From Tubulanus polymorphus (taxonomy: Eukaryota > Animalia > Nemertea), in the NCBI RefSeq assembly GCF_964204645.1, contig NC_134035.1:1550001-1614000 (forward strand): 64,000 bases of DNA, written 5' to 3'. Below, piece by piece: positions 1-13,899 of the stretch. The notes beneath the pieces are model-generated. The model was given only the letters and a program-made list of their open reading frames with translations, was not told the origin of the DNA and did no database searches. Made by a program: the position numbers and the translations under genes. The first letter of the stretch is position 1; each line of letters opens with the position of its first letter.

Positions 1-3000
1 GCGATTAGAAAAACAGATATCGAATGTGTGTGAACGATGCTCACAACATCATTCACAGCATTTTCAGAGGGAAAAAATTACATCCGATAGATAAAGTAGC
101 ACGAAAAGGTAAACCACCTAACGTCCTAATGGCGATGATACCCGGGACGGGGTTATAAAAGTCAACCCACAAGTAGCTACAGATAACAGGGATGAGATGC
201 AAGATTCTGAAATTTTCACATTGCAATTCTCCACCTTCTTCACATTTCTCACTTTTTATCTTAACAAAAGCAGAATTTTTCCGCTAAATTTTTCAGAAGG
301 GACATATGCCTAATGCAATTTCTTCCTTTTTGATGGGGTTTTATGCAAGAATTGCCAAGGTAAACATGTTAAAGACAATGTAACAACTTTGATCAAATCA
401 ATGACTGACACTAGACTATGAACATAGTTCAGGTACCATAAACTATCTAAGGTAAAAGCAGATCCCAGAAGAGTTAGAAGAACATAAAATACGGCCTATA
501 AGGAAAACTACATAGAATTTTCATTTAGTTGCCAAAATTTTCACATTTTTCACCAAAAAATTTAGTTTTCTGAAATTTTCATGCTTTTTCACATCACATA
601 CATCTCACATGCATCTCACATACCGGTACATCTCATCCTTGAAATGATGAAAAGCTATCAAAATATTTTAAGCCGTTACAATTTCACTTGCAGTTTAAGT
701 GTAACTGACTAAAACCTGGATTCCAGGTAAATGTACCCACTACTCAGTAATAATGCCCTTATGAAAGACTTCTCAGCAGCTATGCTGAACAGAAAATCCA
801 GTAGCCCTTCATTATATCCCGGTCAGTAGCCCTTGTCGGGTCAATCATATCAGAAAATTCTGAATTAGATTATATGGCGGGATCTGTAACGCGATGAATG
901 CAAAAAGCAAGAAATTGGTTTAACAGACATGTGAAAAACACAGTTTCAGAACCCGGAACTCGCGCGGGAGTTTGTGTGCGTCTGTTAGTTACCGGTAATA
1001 CCTGTTTAAAACTCCTGCAGCAAATATCATCGAATAATGATAAACATATGTTTGATTATAACATCGTCAGGGATCATGTGTAATTAACAGATTGAGATTC
1101 AGGTTATTACATAATACATTCCATCGAATCATCATCAGTTGAAATATCCACCAAGTGAAGTACAAGTGGAATAAAACATTCTAATCATCTGTCAGCTGAA
1201 GAAAAATCACCTAATCACCTAAAACATCACCTAATATTTGGCAATACTGAGAACAAGCTTATGAATGAAAACTCTTAAGGTGTCAGTTTCGGTAAAAATT
1301 TCAAGGCACCTCGACATACTTAGGAGGCGGCGCACCCCTCAACCCTACCCTTAGGTCCACCCCTGACTCTCTAAGGCTCCATCCAATATGAATTACAACT
1401 TCACCATCGATTTCTTCCTGTTTCTTTACTTCTCTATTTCGCGTCTTCGATTCTATCATGAATGCTGCTCATTCTTGAAGTTTGCGTAATATCCCCGTGT
1501 AGGAGCTAACCGTTGAATTCTTTGCTGTTGATACACATTTCAAACATTCACGAGGCAATCTCTCTCGGTAACAACTTTCATAAAGCTAATCACGCTCCGA
1601 TCTCAGGTGTTGAAATGATTACGAATGAGATGAAACTCCAATTCATTAGTAACTAATTGTATACATCGCCGTTTAGTCATGAACCTGGCCCTGTTTTATA
1701 CCTTCAAAGATTTCATGGTTTTTTCATTCGCGCATAGTTTTTGATGTACTGGAAAAATACATTTGCGATATTAGCTGGTATACGTGATAGGTTTGCAGGG
1801 ACACCAAATCGAATGGAATCGTCCAATCAATAGGCAAAATCCTTATTTCGCGATGAAAAAATCTTTGTGAAATCAGTTCAAAAGACTTCAAACTACCGAG
1901 GCTTCGATACCTGTAATAAGCCAATATGCGGACGTGCCATCTTGGAACTGGTTGTTTAGACTGGGTATAACAAGGTCGGTTAACTATCTTTGAAAACCAA
2001 GAATCAAACAGATGTCCTACGGCAGCGTAAAACAGTTTACACATATGTAAAACAGATTACGTATAGGTACAATGAACCCGGCATAGTTTTTACGGGTTAG
2101 GGGGCGCTAGACTGGGGTCTAAGTACAGATCTGCTTCTATACAAACGTGACAAGACAGTGTTGAATATCTAAGCCCGACTTTAAGTTGTTGAGGTCATAA
2201 CTTGAGATTGTAGCTCGAAAAAATGTCGGCAATTGATGATATCATAGGGTGATCAGGAAGCAGCCATCTTTTAAGGAAAGGTCTGTATATAATCGCTTCG
2301 ACCTTCACCTTGCTCTCTCGTAGTACCACACAAGTAACGGTCATCGAAGAGATCTAGTAAAAACATTCCGACGCGTTCTATTTCGAGAGATGAAAACGTA
2401 ATCAGTGGCTAAATTACCCGTAATTCTCGAATGATGTTCCCCCTACTGATCTGTACCGATATAGTACATCCCGTGGTAGCAACGGGCGAACGGGTTTTTC
2501 TGAACCCGGCAGGCACATTACCGGAGTAACCGAAAACGTGCACCGAGAAAGAGGCAAACAAATTACGCCAGAACTATAAACGATGTTCACCAGACGTTTA
2601 GATCATATAATGTTCTGTAAATGTTTTACAAGAGAATTTTTTATACAATGAAATGTACGTATTAACTTAAAAATAGTCGCGCGCCGCGAGAATAAAGAAT
2701 TTTTAACAACCTCCGACGCTGAAACGATCAGATAGTATTAGATTAACAGCAGCCGCAATTACTTTCAGTTTTTAGTATGAACTACAGACTCATCTTTTCC
2801 GAAAAAATTTTCACCAAATTGCTCTTTTACCGCGATGATGTTGTACCATCTTATCTTATTTCGCGCTGTATTTTGTATCTACACTTGAACCTTGTTATAC
2901 CGATCTCGCGCACAGCGAATTATCAGTTTTACAAACTTAGCGTTTCGTCCCAAATCAGCCAATTTTGGCAATTTTCGTACTGGATACAACAAACTATCGG

Positions 3001-4677
3001 TTTTTTTAATCGATGAACATATTTTCTCTGGTTCCCAGAAGTTGGTTGTCATGAGGTTCCACTATATATTGTATCAGAACTGTATTCCCTTTTTTTCTGT
3101 AAAGCAGTTTAGAGCACTTTTGGAAAAAGGCGTCGTTGAAGTTTTAAATAATGATAATCTAAATAAAAATAATAATACAAATACTGGGATGGAGAAGTAA
3201 GTTGGTAAGTTGTTAAGTTGAGAAGGGGGACAGTGGGAGAGATGAAAGAGGTGGAGGAGTTAGATAGGCGAACAGAGGAGAAGGAAATGGTAGGTATAGG
3301 GAAGAATACCGAATGACGTGGAGAGAAAAGAACTGAGGAAGGAGAGGGATGATAAAGAAAATAATGAGAGAGAGGAGGGAGAAGAAGTGATGGAGCTAAG
3401 AATGATAACAACTGCGGCCAAAACATAAACGAATTCAATACAGACAACACTGACATGAAGATCGAACGAACAGATGAATGAACGAATGATTGGACCTCGA
3501 AAACCTTGAATTTTTTCGCTCCGGTGATCGACTGACTGCATTTCGAGCTCATAGACCTGGCACACGCTGTGAACTATTCTAAGAATCCAGACGAAAATAA
3601 ATAAAACCGAAGTCAGAGAAAGAATGCCATCGATCGGGGGTTAGTAATGGCTGTCCGTGACGAAACGGCACAGTTCGACACGAATAAAATTTACAGAATG
3701 TATCTCAGTATCTCAGGACCCAGTCCAATAGTTGTTGGTTAAATTTGAATAAGTTGATATCATAACCCTAGATAGGCCGGCCTCATTTATATGACTTGAC
3801 TTTTTTCCCGACTTATCCCTGACATGCGCGGCGTTGTTTTCCCTGACTTGATCTGCTAAGAATCCAATCTAACACAGTCAAATCAAGAGACAATGACAGA
3901 AACTGTTTGATTTTAAGAGCGATCTAGCAATCATAACAAATTTCTTTTGACTTTTTTACTATTCCCTGACTTTTTAAAGAAAAGAAAATTCCCTAAATTT
4001 TCCCTGATTTCCAGGTAAGTGACCACTAGAGTCTTTAACCTGAAAGTTTGTCCATAACGTACAGGTTTGGCATAAAAAATTGCGACTTCTTTGATTAGAT
4101 ATATTGATTGAACAATCAGTCTAGAATATCTATATTTTGCATTCTAATGAAATTGAATCAGATCGAAAACCTTTGAATGGTTTCAATGAAATCATAGACA
4201 TTGAAGTCATCGACACTGAGGAGAATGCCCGGAGAAAGTTGGTGGTATAGGTTCACCTAGGAAACATCTTTTAAGCAGTCGAGAATTCCCTGAATCATGA
4301 AAACCGGGACCCAGCGCAAAGTTGAGGGTTACAATCAAAATCTAGTTCATTATCTTTTACTCAACTATGGTCAATCTTCGAGTTCGTTTGTTAGGGTTTA
4401 GCACCGCGCCCGCCCCTGTTCCACTGAGCAATTCTCAGGGTAGTCGCTGTTCACATGCCAGTGCATCCCTTTCAGCTCAAGGGGCGCCTGCCCTACTGAG
4501 TCAGCCACAAATTGGGAGAATAAGGATCTTAATGAATGATCACAAAATCTATCAACTTAAATCTAAATACTAACGCAAAAAGTTAGAGAAAAAAAAACAT
4601 ATCCCCATAAATGAAAATATCGAACGGATTAGGAAAGTGGCTCACACTCAAACTATTGAATACTAATAGATACTTAC

Positions 4678-4961
4678 TTGTCGGTTCCATTATCCACTGG
4701 TTTAAGGGAAGGGTTTTTCGCGCCGCCCTCGTCGATACTTTGGCGTTTTTCGACCGGTTTTAGGGACGGGAATTTCGCGCCGCCGCCCTCGTCGATACTC
4801 TGGCGTTTTTCGACCGGTTTTAGGGACGGGAATTTCGGACCGGCCTCGCCGATGCTTTGGCGTTTTTCGACGGGCTTCAAGGTCGGAAACTTCGGGCCGG
4901 CGTCCGAGCCTCGTTTATCCTTACCGAACCCTTTCAACTGAACGCCAAATTTGCTCGCCAT
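4678..4961 (-). CDS. unc-22: Alternative twitchin exon (probable alternative first coding exon) with 4 x PKFPSLKPVEKRQS-type repeats
   Basis: ATG at 4961 with an in-frame TGA upstream (4992-4994); synonymous differences between repeat units; ends AA|GTAAGT (phase 2), the same phase as the 6381 microexon, so both can join the same downstream exon outside the window. Confidence 0.75.
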
Positions 4962-6380
4962 TTCGACCGCGTGTTCAACTTTTTGGCCTCGTCACGTTAA
5001 AAAAAATTATAAATGATCAAAAAATGCAACGTAAATATTCGCAGGTCATCGAAATAAATTCGAATTATAATCAAAAAACTTCCGGCGTTTTACTTTACTT
5101 TTCTTAGAAAACGATATTCACGAATGATATTCATCAATATTTATCCCGAATGACGACGACGTAATCCTTTAATTATCACTTTATAAATATAAATATATAT
5201 ATATAATCCAATTAATCCTCGTTTAATTTTATTCCGTTTACCAAAATAATTACCGGCTGTTCTTGAGATGATTAATATTCCTTGTTATATGACGAGCGCG
5301 AACGACGAAGACACTTTCAGCTGAAACCGTCAGTTGTAGAGGAACGAGAACGAACCAACGAGAGAGAACGGATGAATGGATGCAACACCTTTGTGCGTTT
5401 GGTTGCCGATTGATTCTGCCAACCAGGTGAAAATCAAGCCGTTTATATAATTCGTCGGTTGGAGGCTTTTTAACTCTCACCACCAGAGAGAAAGAGGCTT
5501 CAGAGAGACAGACAGAGAGAGAGAGAGCGAGAGAGAAACTGGTTTTATCGATGATATAGATAGATAACAGATCGATCTACGGATGAAGATACAATAACAT
5601 CAAATCTATCGCTGTCTACTAGTGAGGTGAACTAACATTCACCGAGATCGTCCCGATATTTTCAAGCGACGTTTCAGAAGTCTCGAGAAGCGACGACACG
5701 CGTGTTGCGATCCATCAAAACCGGACGACCGATGCCCAGACGACTGCTAACTATACTAACGATCCGATCCGAAAGTTCGTTCCTCTCCTCGGCTATCGAC
5801 CGCGGCAGCCAGCAACTATATCCAGGCAGACTTACGGGGAAAAGTGAGGAAATATGATAATTCTGAATGTGGAAACCTTTCAAATACACACCAATCACAT
5901 TAGCTAATACACAGTGAAACCATCTGTTACGCCATGTCCATCCGACCTATCAGCTTTAAGAGGAGCTCGCCGGTATTATTTTATACGGTAAATATAGGTA
6001 AGAGTAAAAATACTTCGAAAGCTAGAGAAACGTTTCTACCACTGGCGCTTTATAAATTACACCTTTACTCCAAATATGAGAAATGTTATAATCGTTATAT
6101 CGCTAAGCTATTATGTAGACTTTGGAAAACAGGAAGTTCCGCGTATGCGTAGTTACGCGATGTTTGGAAAACCAATAACGAATGGAACCTACCCGAAAAG
6201 AATTGCAAAAAACGAAATGGAACGTCGGTACGGTGCAATTAATGAGACTTCAATTTTACCATACCTTACCATGCATATTAGGTAGTTCAACCCGCCGAAT
6301 ACCCGGGACGGCTTTTAATCTGTCTGAATCTCGTAAAAATAAAACAACATGCTCGAAATAACGAATAAAATGTTACTTAC

Positions 6381-6387
6381 TTTAAGG
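6381..6387 (-). CDS. unc-22: 7-nt microexon of twitchin (A-L-K/N linker after Ig3)
   Basis: TTTCTCTTTTCTTTTCTTACAG|CCTTAAA|GTAAGTAAC; strong polypyrimidine tract and consensus donor; phase 1 to 2 like the 13-nt microexon. Confidence 0.75.
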
Positions 6388-6503
6388 CTGTAAGAAAAGA
6401 AAAGAGAAATATTGTGTTTAGTTAAATTAAAAACGACGAAAACGATATTATTGCACTCAAGTTTCTCACGGCTGCGGCAGACGTCGTCGTCGCGACAACT
6501 TAC

Positions 6504-6818
6504 CGTCTAAGTTTAAAGCGAGATTAGCCGTCGATTCTCCAAAATCATTCTTCACGATCACTTTATATTGGCCGGCGTCGTTTTTCGTGACGTCGACGAT
6601 CTCCAACGATATGATATACTCCGATTGTTGCGTCGATTGTTGCGAAATTAAAAAACGAGCGCTTTTCTGTAGTACGGCGTTTCCGAAATACCAGACGACG
6701 TTCGGGGCCGGTTCAGCTGCGACCGTTACCTCGAATACGACGTTGCTACCGACCTGACGGATTTCCGGTTTCGATTTGAACGTCGGTTGTTGACCTTTCG
6801 GAGCGGCTAATTGAGCGG
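6504..6818 (-). CDS. unc-22: Twitchin exon, Ig domain 3 (absent from the ORF track)
   Basis: TTTTTCGTTTTTCAG|CC GCT.. translated by hand: AAQLAAPKGQQPTFKSKPEIRQVGSNVVFEVTVAAEPAPNVVWYFG..SLEIVDVTKNDAGQYKVIVKNDFGESTANLALNLD, donor G|GTAAGT; 315 nt, no stop. Confidence 0.92.
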
Positions 6819-9328
6819 CTGAAAAACGAAAAACAAAATCGACGAGATTTTAACGCGTTTCGCAATATCAATTTGAATCGAAATGTGGTCAATCGGAAAT
6901 AGGTTAACCCTTAAACAGGTTGGCGCCACTGTCCACCCATTTACAAATCAACTGATTTTTCCATGTGATTTAACAAATACTCTGAATGATTCCTGAGACA
7001 TTTCTAGGTTTAAAATGTTACAGTCAAATCATTTTTTCATGAATCAAGTATTAATAAAGAAAGATGTGGTCAATAACAGAGATCCAACTTTTAGGTAAAA
7101 TTTGTCAAATTCCCTGAGTTTTCCCAGATTATTTGTTAATAACATTAAGGCAAAATAGGTTCGTTCAAAAAGATCAGTTTTCAGATTTGATTCAAAATTT
7201 TCAACTGTAGGACTAGATCTGATATGACTAGGCAGAACATTTCAAAGAGCAGAAGCAGATCTCTTAGCAAAATTTCTATGTACTAATCACTAGTTGATAA
7301 AAATGCTGACTGGAACGAAGAGTTGGTGCATGTTTTAGATATTTGGAGCAGTGTTGTTGAGACATTAATTCGAATGCAGTATCGTATTCTAGCTCACAAT
7401 GAACATGAAAAATTACATCTATAGGCTATGACTAGCTCTGAGAGATAACCAAATGATATGTTTATTCCTGCCTCAGATAAATTAATATGATACGTCAGCT
7501 TCTATTCTTAATCAGATTTATAATTAGTAGTTAATTATATACGTCGAACGTGCATAAAATCTGGATCGAAGATGTCTGAAAATAAACGGCAGCGTTCAGC
7601 CGCAATCGCACAAGCTGTTTTGGCCCGTGCCAAATTTGGCCTGGAACAACTGTTCACACGGGTGCCAAAGGGGCTTTTCTTGCCCTAATCATATGAACTA
7701 TTTGAATTCATTATAGTCTCATAAAAATTTTTTAATTTAATTTAAAAAAAATGTTTTCCAGACTTTCTGGAGGGTACATTCGAATTTTGTAGGGTTGGAC
7801 CAGTCCAGCCGGTTCACCCCCTAAATCCGAACAAGACTCTGTTACGAGAAAATTACCAGGTTACTTCTGATTGACTGAATTCGATCAGTCGAGATAAAAC
7901 AACGATATCAAGAAAAACGTGGGTGTTTTTTCTATTGTTATCGAGCGAGAGAGATAAGGTGAGAGAATTCGACACGTACACACGCTTCAAAAAATAATAA
8001 TATCAACTGATGATGATATTATCAGAGCAACAAGTAATAACACGGGAGGTACACCGGGAGCAGACTCAACAAAATAAGAAAACTCAAGTGTTGCAATATT
8101 TTCAAGCTAAACAATGGAATTTATATTGTAAACTGGTATCGGTGGATGTTTCTGTTATCAGTAACTGAAAGGTCTTTATCTTATCTTTCAACCCGCGAAC
8201 GTTGCGATTAAGTTTTTCAGTCAGTCCGAGGTAGATACAATTTTTGACGACTGTTTTGATACTTCTATATTCGAATCTCTCTCGAAATATTTCCAAGCCC
8301 CCGCCCCCCTCCTCCCTCCCGCATCAGATATTTCAGCGAAAGCTCTTCAAACATTTTAAACCACTCGATTTCAAGTTAAATGGAATTCGGAAATCGGTTC
8401 CCATAGTTTTCCGTTACATTCCGTAACATCCATACAATTTCCACTATAGTCAAATTTGGAAAGACGTAAATAATAATAATAGAGAATATAAATAATAGAC
8501 TAAATAACATTCCTATATTCATCTTTAAATACTTTCCAGCCATATGGCTATTTCTCTTGATCCACCAAATTGGAGTCAAGGATAGCTGTGATCACACGAA
8601 CATTTTTGGCCAGTGCCAAATTTGGCCCGGAGCAACTGCTCACATGGGTCACCCATATAGATGTGTGCCTATTTGGCCCACCCAAAAGCCACGATCACAT
8701 GAAGATGATTTGGCCCGGGCAAAATATGAGAGCGCGTTCACATGTAAACCACTCACTCAACAATGGCACGACCAAACAAAAAAACCTTGCACCAGGCCCG
8801 AGCCAAATTTTAGCGATGTGGCTCGGGATATATGCCGGCTATAGTTTTACTTTGTGGACTGTGGGCATAGATGTTGACAGTGGGCTGATACCGTACGAAT
8901 CCCTCTTGATTATTCCTTCACTGATTCTTGACATTCATAGGAAGGAACAGCTGCAGGAGTAGGTAGCCTCATGAAATAAAAATAGTTTTATAAGGGGCAA
9001 GGGAACAGTTTTATTGCTTTAAAGCGCACAAATCCACCAGAATGCACCAAACTGTGGAAGCAACCCTCTTGTCTAATTCTGTCCACGGATAGTTCTGGAT
9101 CAACCACTGCTGCTCATTTTACTCTCATTCAGGATGCATTACAGGCACAGAACCAGTCTGTATTAGTCGTACGGCAATGACTCACTAGTATCTTTAGTAT
9201 CTTGTGAGTGGTTTAGGTGCTTTCTATGGCATGGGCCAAATTTGACTCGGACCTGATCCGGGCGAAATCGTCTCCATGTGATCGTATGATACTGTCTAGC
9301 TTTAACCCTGGATATCACATGCGTAGCT

Positions 9329-9377
9329 ATTCCTGAAGATGACTATTAGAATATAGTGGAAATGTTGAATCAATAAA
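9329..9377 (+). ncRNA. Degenerate minimal hammerhead ribozyme motif
   Basis: ATTC-CTGAAGA-T-GACTAT-TAGAAT-ATAGTG-GAAAT-GTT-GAAT-CAATAAA; stems I and II recognisable, with two core-adjacent substitutions. Confidence 0.55.
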
Positions 9378-9581
9378 TCATTAGCTTGAAGGAAACTTTT
9401 CAGACTTCATCACTATGGAATTCTCTATCTATTCAATTATAATGATTAGCGAATTCTCTCTATATATATCTATACTGCCTAATAACCATTAAAGAAACAC
9501 TATTCAGTGTTGTGACGATATATAGAGAATCCTACTCAAATAAAACGTGAAGTCCAAAAAGTTTCCTTATTTAGCTAATAA

Positions 9582-9680
9582 TTTATTGATTTGACGTTTG
9601 ACTATAAACCTAATAGTCATCTTCATGAATGAAGATTTGAAGATGACTATTAGGTTATAGTCAAATGTCAAATCCATAAA
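9582..9680. mobile_element. Short palindrome of two degenerate hammerhead copies (same family as 9329-9377)
   Basis: Arms 9582-9625 and 9638-9680; each reads TGAAGA-T-GACTAT-loop-ATAGTC-AAA(C/T)GTC and lacks the G of GAAA. Confidence 0.6.
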
Positions 9681-9733
9681 AATACACTAAAATGACCGTG
9701 GAGTTCGTATAAATTAAACGAAACACTACTTAC

Positions 9734-9889
9734 CATCAACGTTCAGTTTTAACGTAGCGTTGCTCGTGCCGAACTGGTTTTTAGCTGTCACTTTGTACGA
9801 ACCGCCGTCTTGAGCGGTGACGTTGTATAACTCTAACGCTACGACGTACACTTGATTCCCGAGCGAATCGACGCGAAATTTCAAGCGAT
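9734..9889 (-). CDS. unc-22: Twitchin exon, second half of Ig domain 2
   Basis: ATTTCAG|AT CGC.. encodes (N)RLKFRVDSLGNQVYVVALELYNVTAQDGGSYKVTAKNQFGTSNATLKLNVD, donor G|GTAAGT; phase 1 to 1, completes the I-set fold (D-G-x-Y-x-x-x-A-x-N-x-x-G). Confidence 0.9.
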
Positions 9890-10074
9890 CTGAAATTGAT
9901 AAAATGAAATACATGAGGAGAATTTTAAGGATTCGCAATGATTCCGACGTTTTCTCGTCGTAATATATAGGTCATAGGTGATGACAGTTCACGCCTTGGG
10001 CTCGGGCTCAATTTGAATCTGTCATCTCCGATTTATGCACCAGTAACCTCAGAAATTACCATACGTTATGTTCC

Positions 10075-10366
10075 CATTGCATTATGGATATGTTGTGTAT
10101 CTAGGTTCCAATAGCTAAAATTTTGAGACAACTTTTTCGATTTCAATTTCGACCCTGTTCCTCAGTTATGAGGTCATCTTCGAGGTAGTTTTTAATGCCT
10201 ATAGTTCTGCTGCTAGGTGGTGCACTGGGCCCGTTTTTTGCACTACACAACTAGACCCCCGTACTGATATTGTACCCAAGTTGCATCAAGATCAACCCAA
10301 TATTAAGGAAGTTTCAGTAGCTGAAGGACAGACAGGAAGACAGACAGTATGAAAGTAAGGGTCTAG
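10075..10366. mobile_element. Interspersed repeat with GACA microsatellite end, possibly DINE-1/Helentron-like (copies at about 10930-11230 and, reversed, about 46370-47145)
   Basis: Shared blocks TGGATATGTTGT.TCTAG, CTAGGTG..GCACTGGGCCC, AGATCAACCCAATAT..AGGAAG and AGACAGACAGTATGAAA.TAAGGGTCT. Confidence 0.55.
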
Positions 10367-11070
10367 TAATGGAAGGGGCAAAACCATCCATAAACAATAA
10401 ACATTATTGACAAGAGGCATGAAAGAACCATCAACCAAGAATTTCTGTATTGACAAGATCAGTGAAAGAACCATCCACAAAGAAGCTCTAAATTTACAAG
10501 ACCCGTAAAAGTATCTTCATGGTATGTTAATTGAGAATTCTTCTTTATTTCTGTTTAGAAACTTTCAACCTTTCAGCGCAATAAACAGAGCATGACGCTT
10601 ATAGATCAATACAGCCAGTGGTAGCTGCAGCAGCATCAGCAGCACGCAGTATACCAGGTACACACATGCTATAGACGAGCAGTAGATGATGATGATGATG
10701 ATGATGATGATGTTGATGAAGATATGCAACTATCGACAGCATCTACTGCACCAACACCTCAATAACATATATGCTAAATACGTCACACATATGCAAGTCA
10801 GATATAATACAGTTATCTATAGATAACTATTAACAGTTCCTCGTGCGCTACTGCAGCGTTCTCAACAGCCAGGATATACCCCCCCCCTTTCTAGCAGCTT
10901 ATCCCTTTCTTGCATCCATGAAAATTTCATGTGGATATGTTGTATCTAGAGCCAAAAGCTAAATTTTGTCAGGACAACTTTTTAAATTTCGATCCAATTT
11001 CTCAGGGAGGTCATCTTAAAGGTCTTATCGCTGAAAAAACAGTCTCTACGGCCTAGTTATGCCACTAGGT

Positions 11071-11123
11071 GAGGCACTGGGCCCATTCTGAGGCACTGGG
11101 CCCATTCTGGGGCACTGGGCCCA
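11071..11123. repeat. 19-bp tandem repeat, about 3 copies
   Basis: GAGGCACTGGGCCCATTCT repeated inside an interspersed repeat copy. Confidence 0.85.
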
Positions 11124-12029
11124 AGTCTCATTCAGATCAACCCAATATGAAGGAAGCTAAGTAGCTGAAAGACGGATACGCAGACAGACAGTATGAAAAT
11201 AAGGGTCTGACATGGAAATCCGAGAACCAACATCTAAGAACGATCTTTCAAGAGAATTTAGCCTGGGGTTTCACTTAAATTTGTCTATAAAACTGGGTGT
11301 GGGGGTTCGAATTTAAAACGTATTCTGAGCCCCGAAAGGTCGAGCCACGTTTCTTGGAATTTCGAAGGAATAACTCATTTCATCTCCAACACTAGCAACA
11401 TTTGCCTTTTAGACCTTCGAGTCAGAAAACAACTTGCGCGTTGAACGTTTGTAATACTAAATTACGCCGTACATTACACCGTAGAGTTCGAAAACTTCTC
11501 AGAATTTCAAACACGGCGGCTACTCGCGCGCGGCGTGCAAGAAATATATTCAGTTCACCTTCGGGGCTAGTTGTGGTGTTATAAACTATCGCGCGAGATA
11601 AAGAGATATTTCTGTTTAAAAACAAGCCTTTGTAAACCTATGTATTTATACGTGACGTACATACGCCGCTGGTGCTGGCGTGCTGGTGGAGCTGGTGCTG
11701 GCGCGCTGGTGGTGGTGGTTGAGCTGGTGCTGGTGGTTATTTTAGAAAGCGTTACAACGAACTCGAGAAACAAGATGATCATTCAAACATTAAACATAGA
11801 GAAACTATGCAACGTGAAGTCATGTCTGAATTTCAATCCATTTATCTTTACGACTGGGTTGGAATATTCTATAATACCGTTTTACCAGGTGTTGATTTAA
11901 TCGTGCCTCGGGGTCAAGGGGCCACGAATTCATGAACAAAACTGTTGCTGGCATATTTATTGCGCTTGTACAGTTATTCAAAATTTACCCTCCATGTCCT
12001 TTAATCCTAACAGCCAGCCTGTAACCGAC

Positions 12030-12420
12030 ACAGTGTGGAACTGGCTCCAACAGCTAGGAATAACGCTAACAATTTTGGCTTCCATCACATTAAGATTCTG
12101 GGAACTATGGAACCTGCTCCTGATATATGGTCCAGGGTAGCTCAAGAGATGCTTAACTGGTGGGTCTGGATTGCTGCCGAACTGTGTGGAACTGACATAC
12201 GGCTTGAGAGGGTTCTGGGTTGCTCCAAAACAATGGAACATGCTCCTGTTATAGGGTTCTGGGTAGTTCCAGAATTGGTAAAATCTAGGAAGAAAAGTTG
12301 TAGCATCTTCAAGTGTAGGATGGCTCCTGGTACAGGGTTCTGAGTAGCAAGTTGGTGTATGATGAAGAACAAGCTCCTGGTAGAGGGTTCTGGGTAGCAA
12401 GTTGTTATAGTATCTTCAAG
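12030..12420. repeat. Degenerate tandem repeat
   Basis: Recurrent TGGAAC..GCTCC(T)G.TA.AGGGTTCTGGGTAGC blocks. Confidence 0.6.
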
Positions 12421-13899
12421 TGTATGTGAAATGTGTCAATACCAGTTAAACTGGAGTGTTTGCAGCAGCCGCGCTGTTTCTATCAGCTCTGCTACTGCTG
12501 GTGGTGCTGCTGCTGGTGCTGGTGCTGCTGCTGCTGATGGTGATGTTCAGTTCTTTTCTTACGTACATAAACAAAAATTGTTAGTTAACCAGCGCCACCT
12601 GTTGATGTTTAGTTGAACAAATGCGCCGTAGTGGTGAAGTGGTGGTAAAGTGAGTGCGAATATATGGTACCGCGGCACCAAAAGTTCAGGAAGTTCAGGG
12701 TCATTGCCATTAAGTTCTTGCCCGAAACCAAAACCAAGTCTTTCGAAAGGCCCTATAGATAAAGGAATACCCCATATATTTCACAATTTTCATATCTAAG
12801 GTTCGACCGATTTGCTGATGCCGATGAGTAAAAAGCGTATACCATTTCAGCATGATTCACAAATCATTGCACAGCACCAAAATATAGTAGACTTTTCTGG
12901 TCTTGGCTAAAGAACCGATATGGGCTAAAAGAATGGAATAAACCATGATGATTCAGGGTGGCCCATCTCTAAAAAGTGCTATCAGTAACACATTGAAATA
13001 GGAAAGAAAATGTTCAAATTAATCAGTGATCAACAAATCAACAATAAGACCCTGAGTAACATCTTTCATATTTCTGCACGCATCAAACAAATCAAATCAG
13101 TATTTCTCATTTTCAAAATACAGTAGTTGCACAGCTTTGATGATTGTGTTACTGCTGCATAACTGACCAGAATTACTGATAGATTGGAACTTCAACAGGT
13201 AGATGTTGCTGATGCTGAGTACATCGGATACATGCATCCACATTCAGCCCTGTTGTTCTCTAAATCAACTTATCTCTAATACAGCAACTACAGATACACG
13301 AGTATAAAAAGATAATGTCTCGCTGAAATTCCGATGCATTCAGTTTCAAGAATTTGTTTTTAATGTTTCGGTTTTCTATTCGATACAACCAGCTCCACCC
13401 TCGACAAACACTGAACCAACCACTGTCGGCACACACCTAACGCTGTATCTAACAATATATAGCAAAAACCTCTCGGAAAATTTACGGTCCAGTTTCAACA
13501 TGAAACATTTTACGGCTGGCTGAGAATTCAATTTGATATTTCGAAACAGGTGAAAAATGGTTTTCGAGAGTCGGGAACAAGATCCCTGGCGTATTAACTG
13601 TTTATTCAAGAAGATCGTTTTTCATAGACATACGTATACCAGTATACCACGAAACAGTGAACTGCTTACGTAAGATGAACATCTTAGCACATAGCACATA
13701 TTATTTCTTTCTTTGAATTTGCCTCGAATACATTTTCGAAAGCTGCTCAAAATCGGTTTCAATCAAATGCTTAGAATAATATTTCACGGCTATATCGATA
13801 TCGTAATCATTTACCAAAAAAAAAAAATTAACAAACAAATCAAACTTTGGAACTAAGAAGTTAGATTTGTCCAGGAACTAGTTTTTGGACACTTTGGAA

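Noticed and set aside
3109-3565. ORFs of 147 and 101 aa with hydrophobic, Ser-rich translation
   Set aside because: Antisense reading of a GA-rich low-complexity tract; the same applies to 41957-42358.
11650-12560. CCA/GCA-rich tracts as possible Pro/Ala-rich twitchin exons
   Set aside because: They fall between the two halves of Ig2, lack convincing polypyrimidine acceptors, and look like simple repeats.
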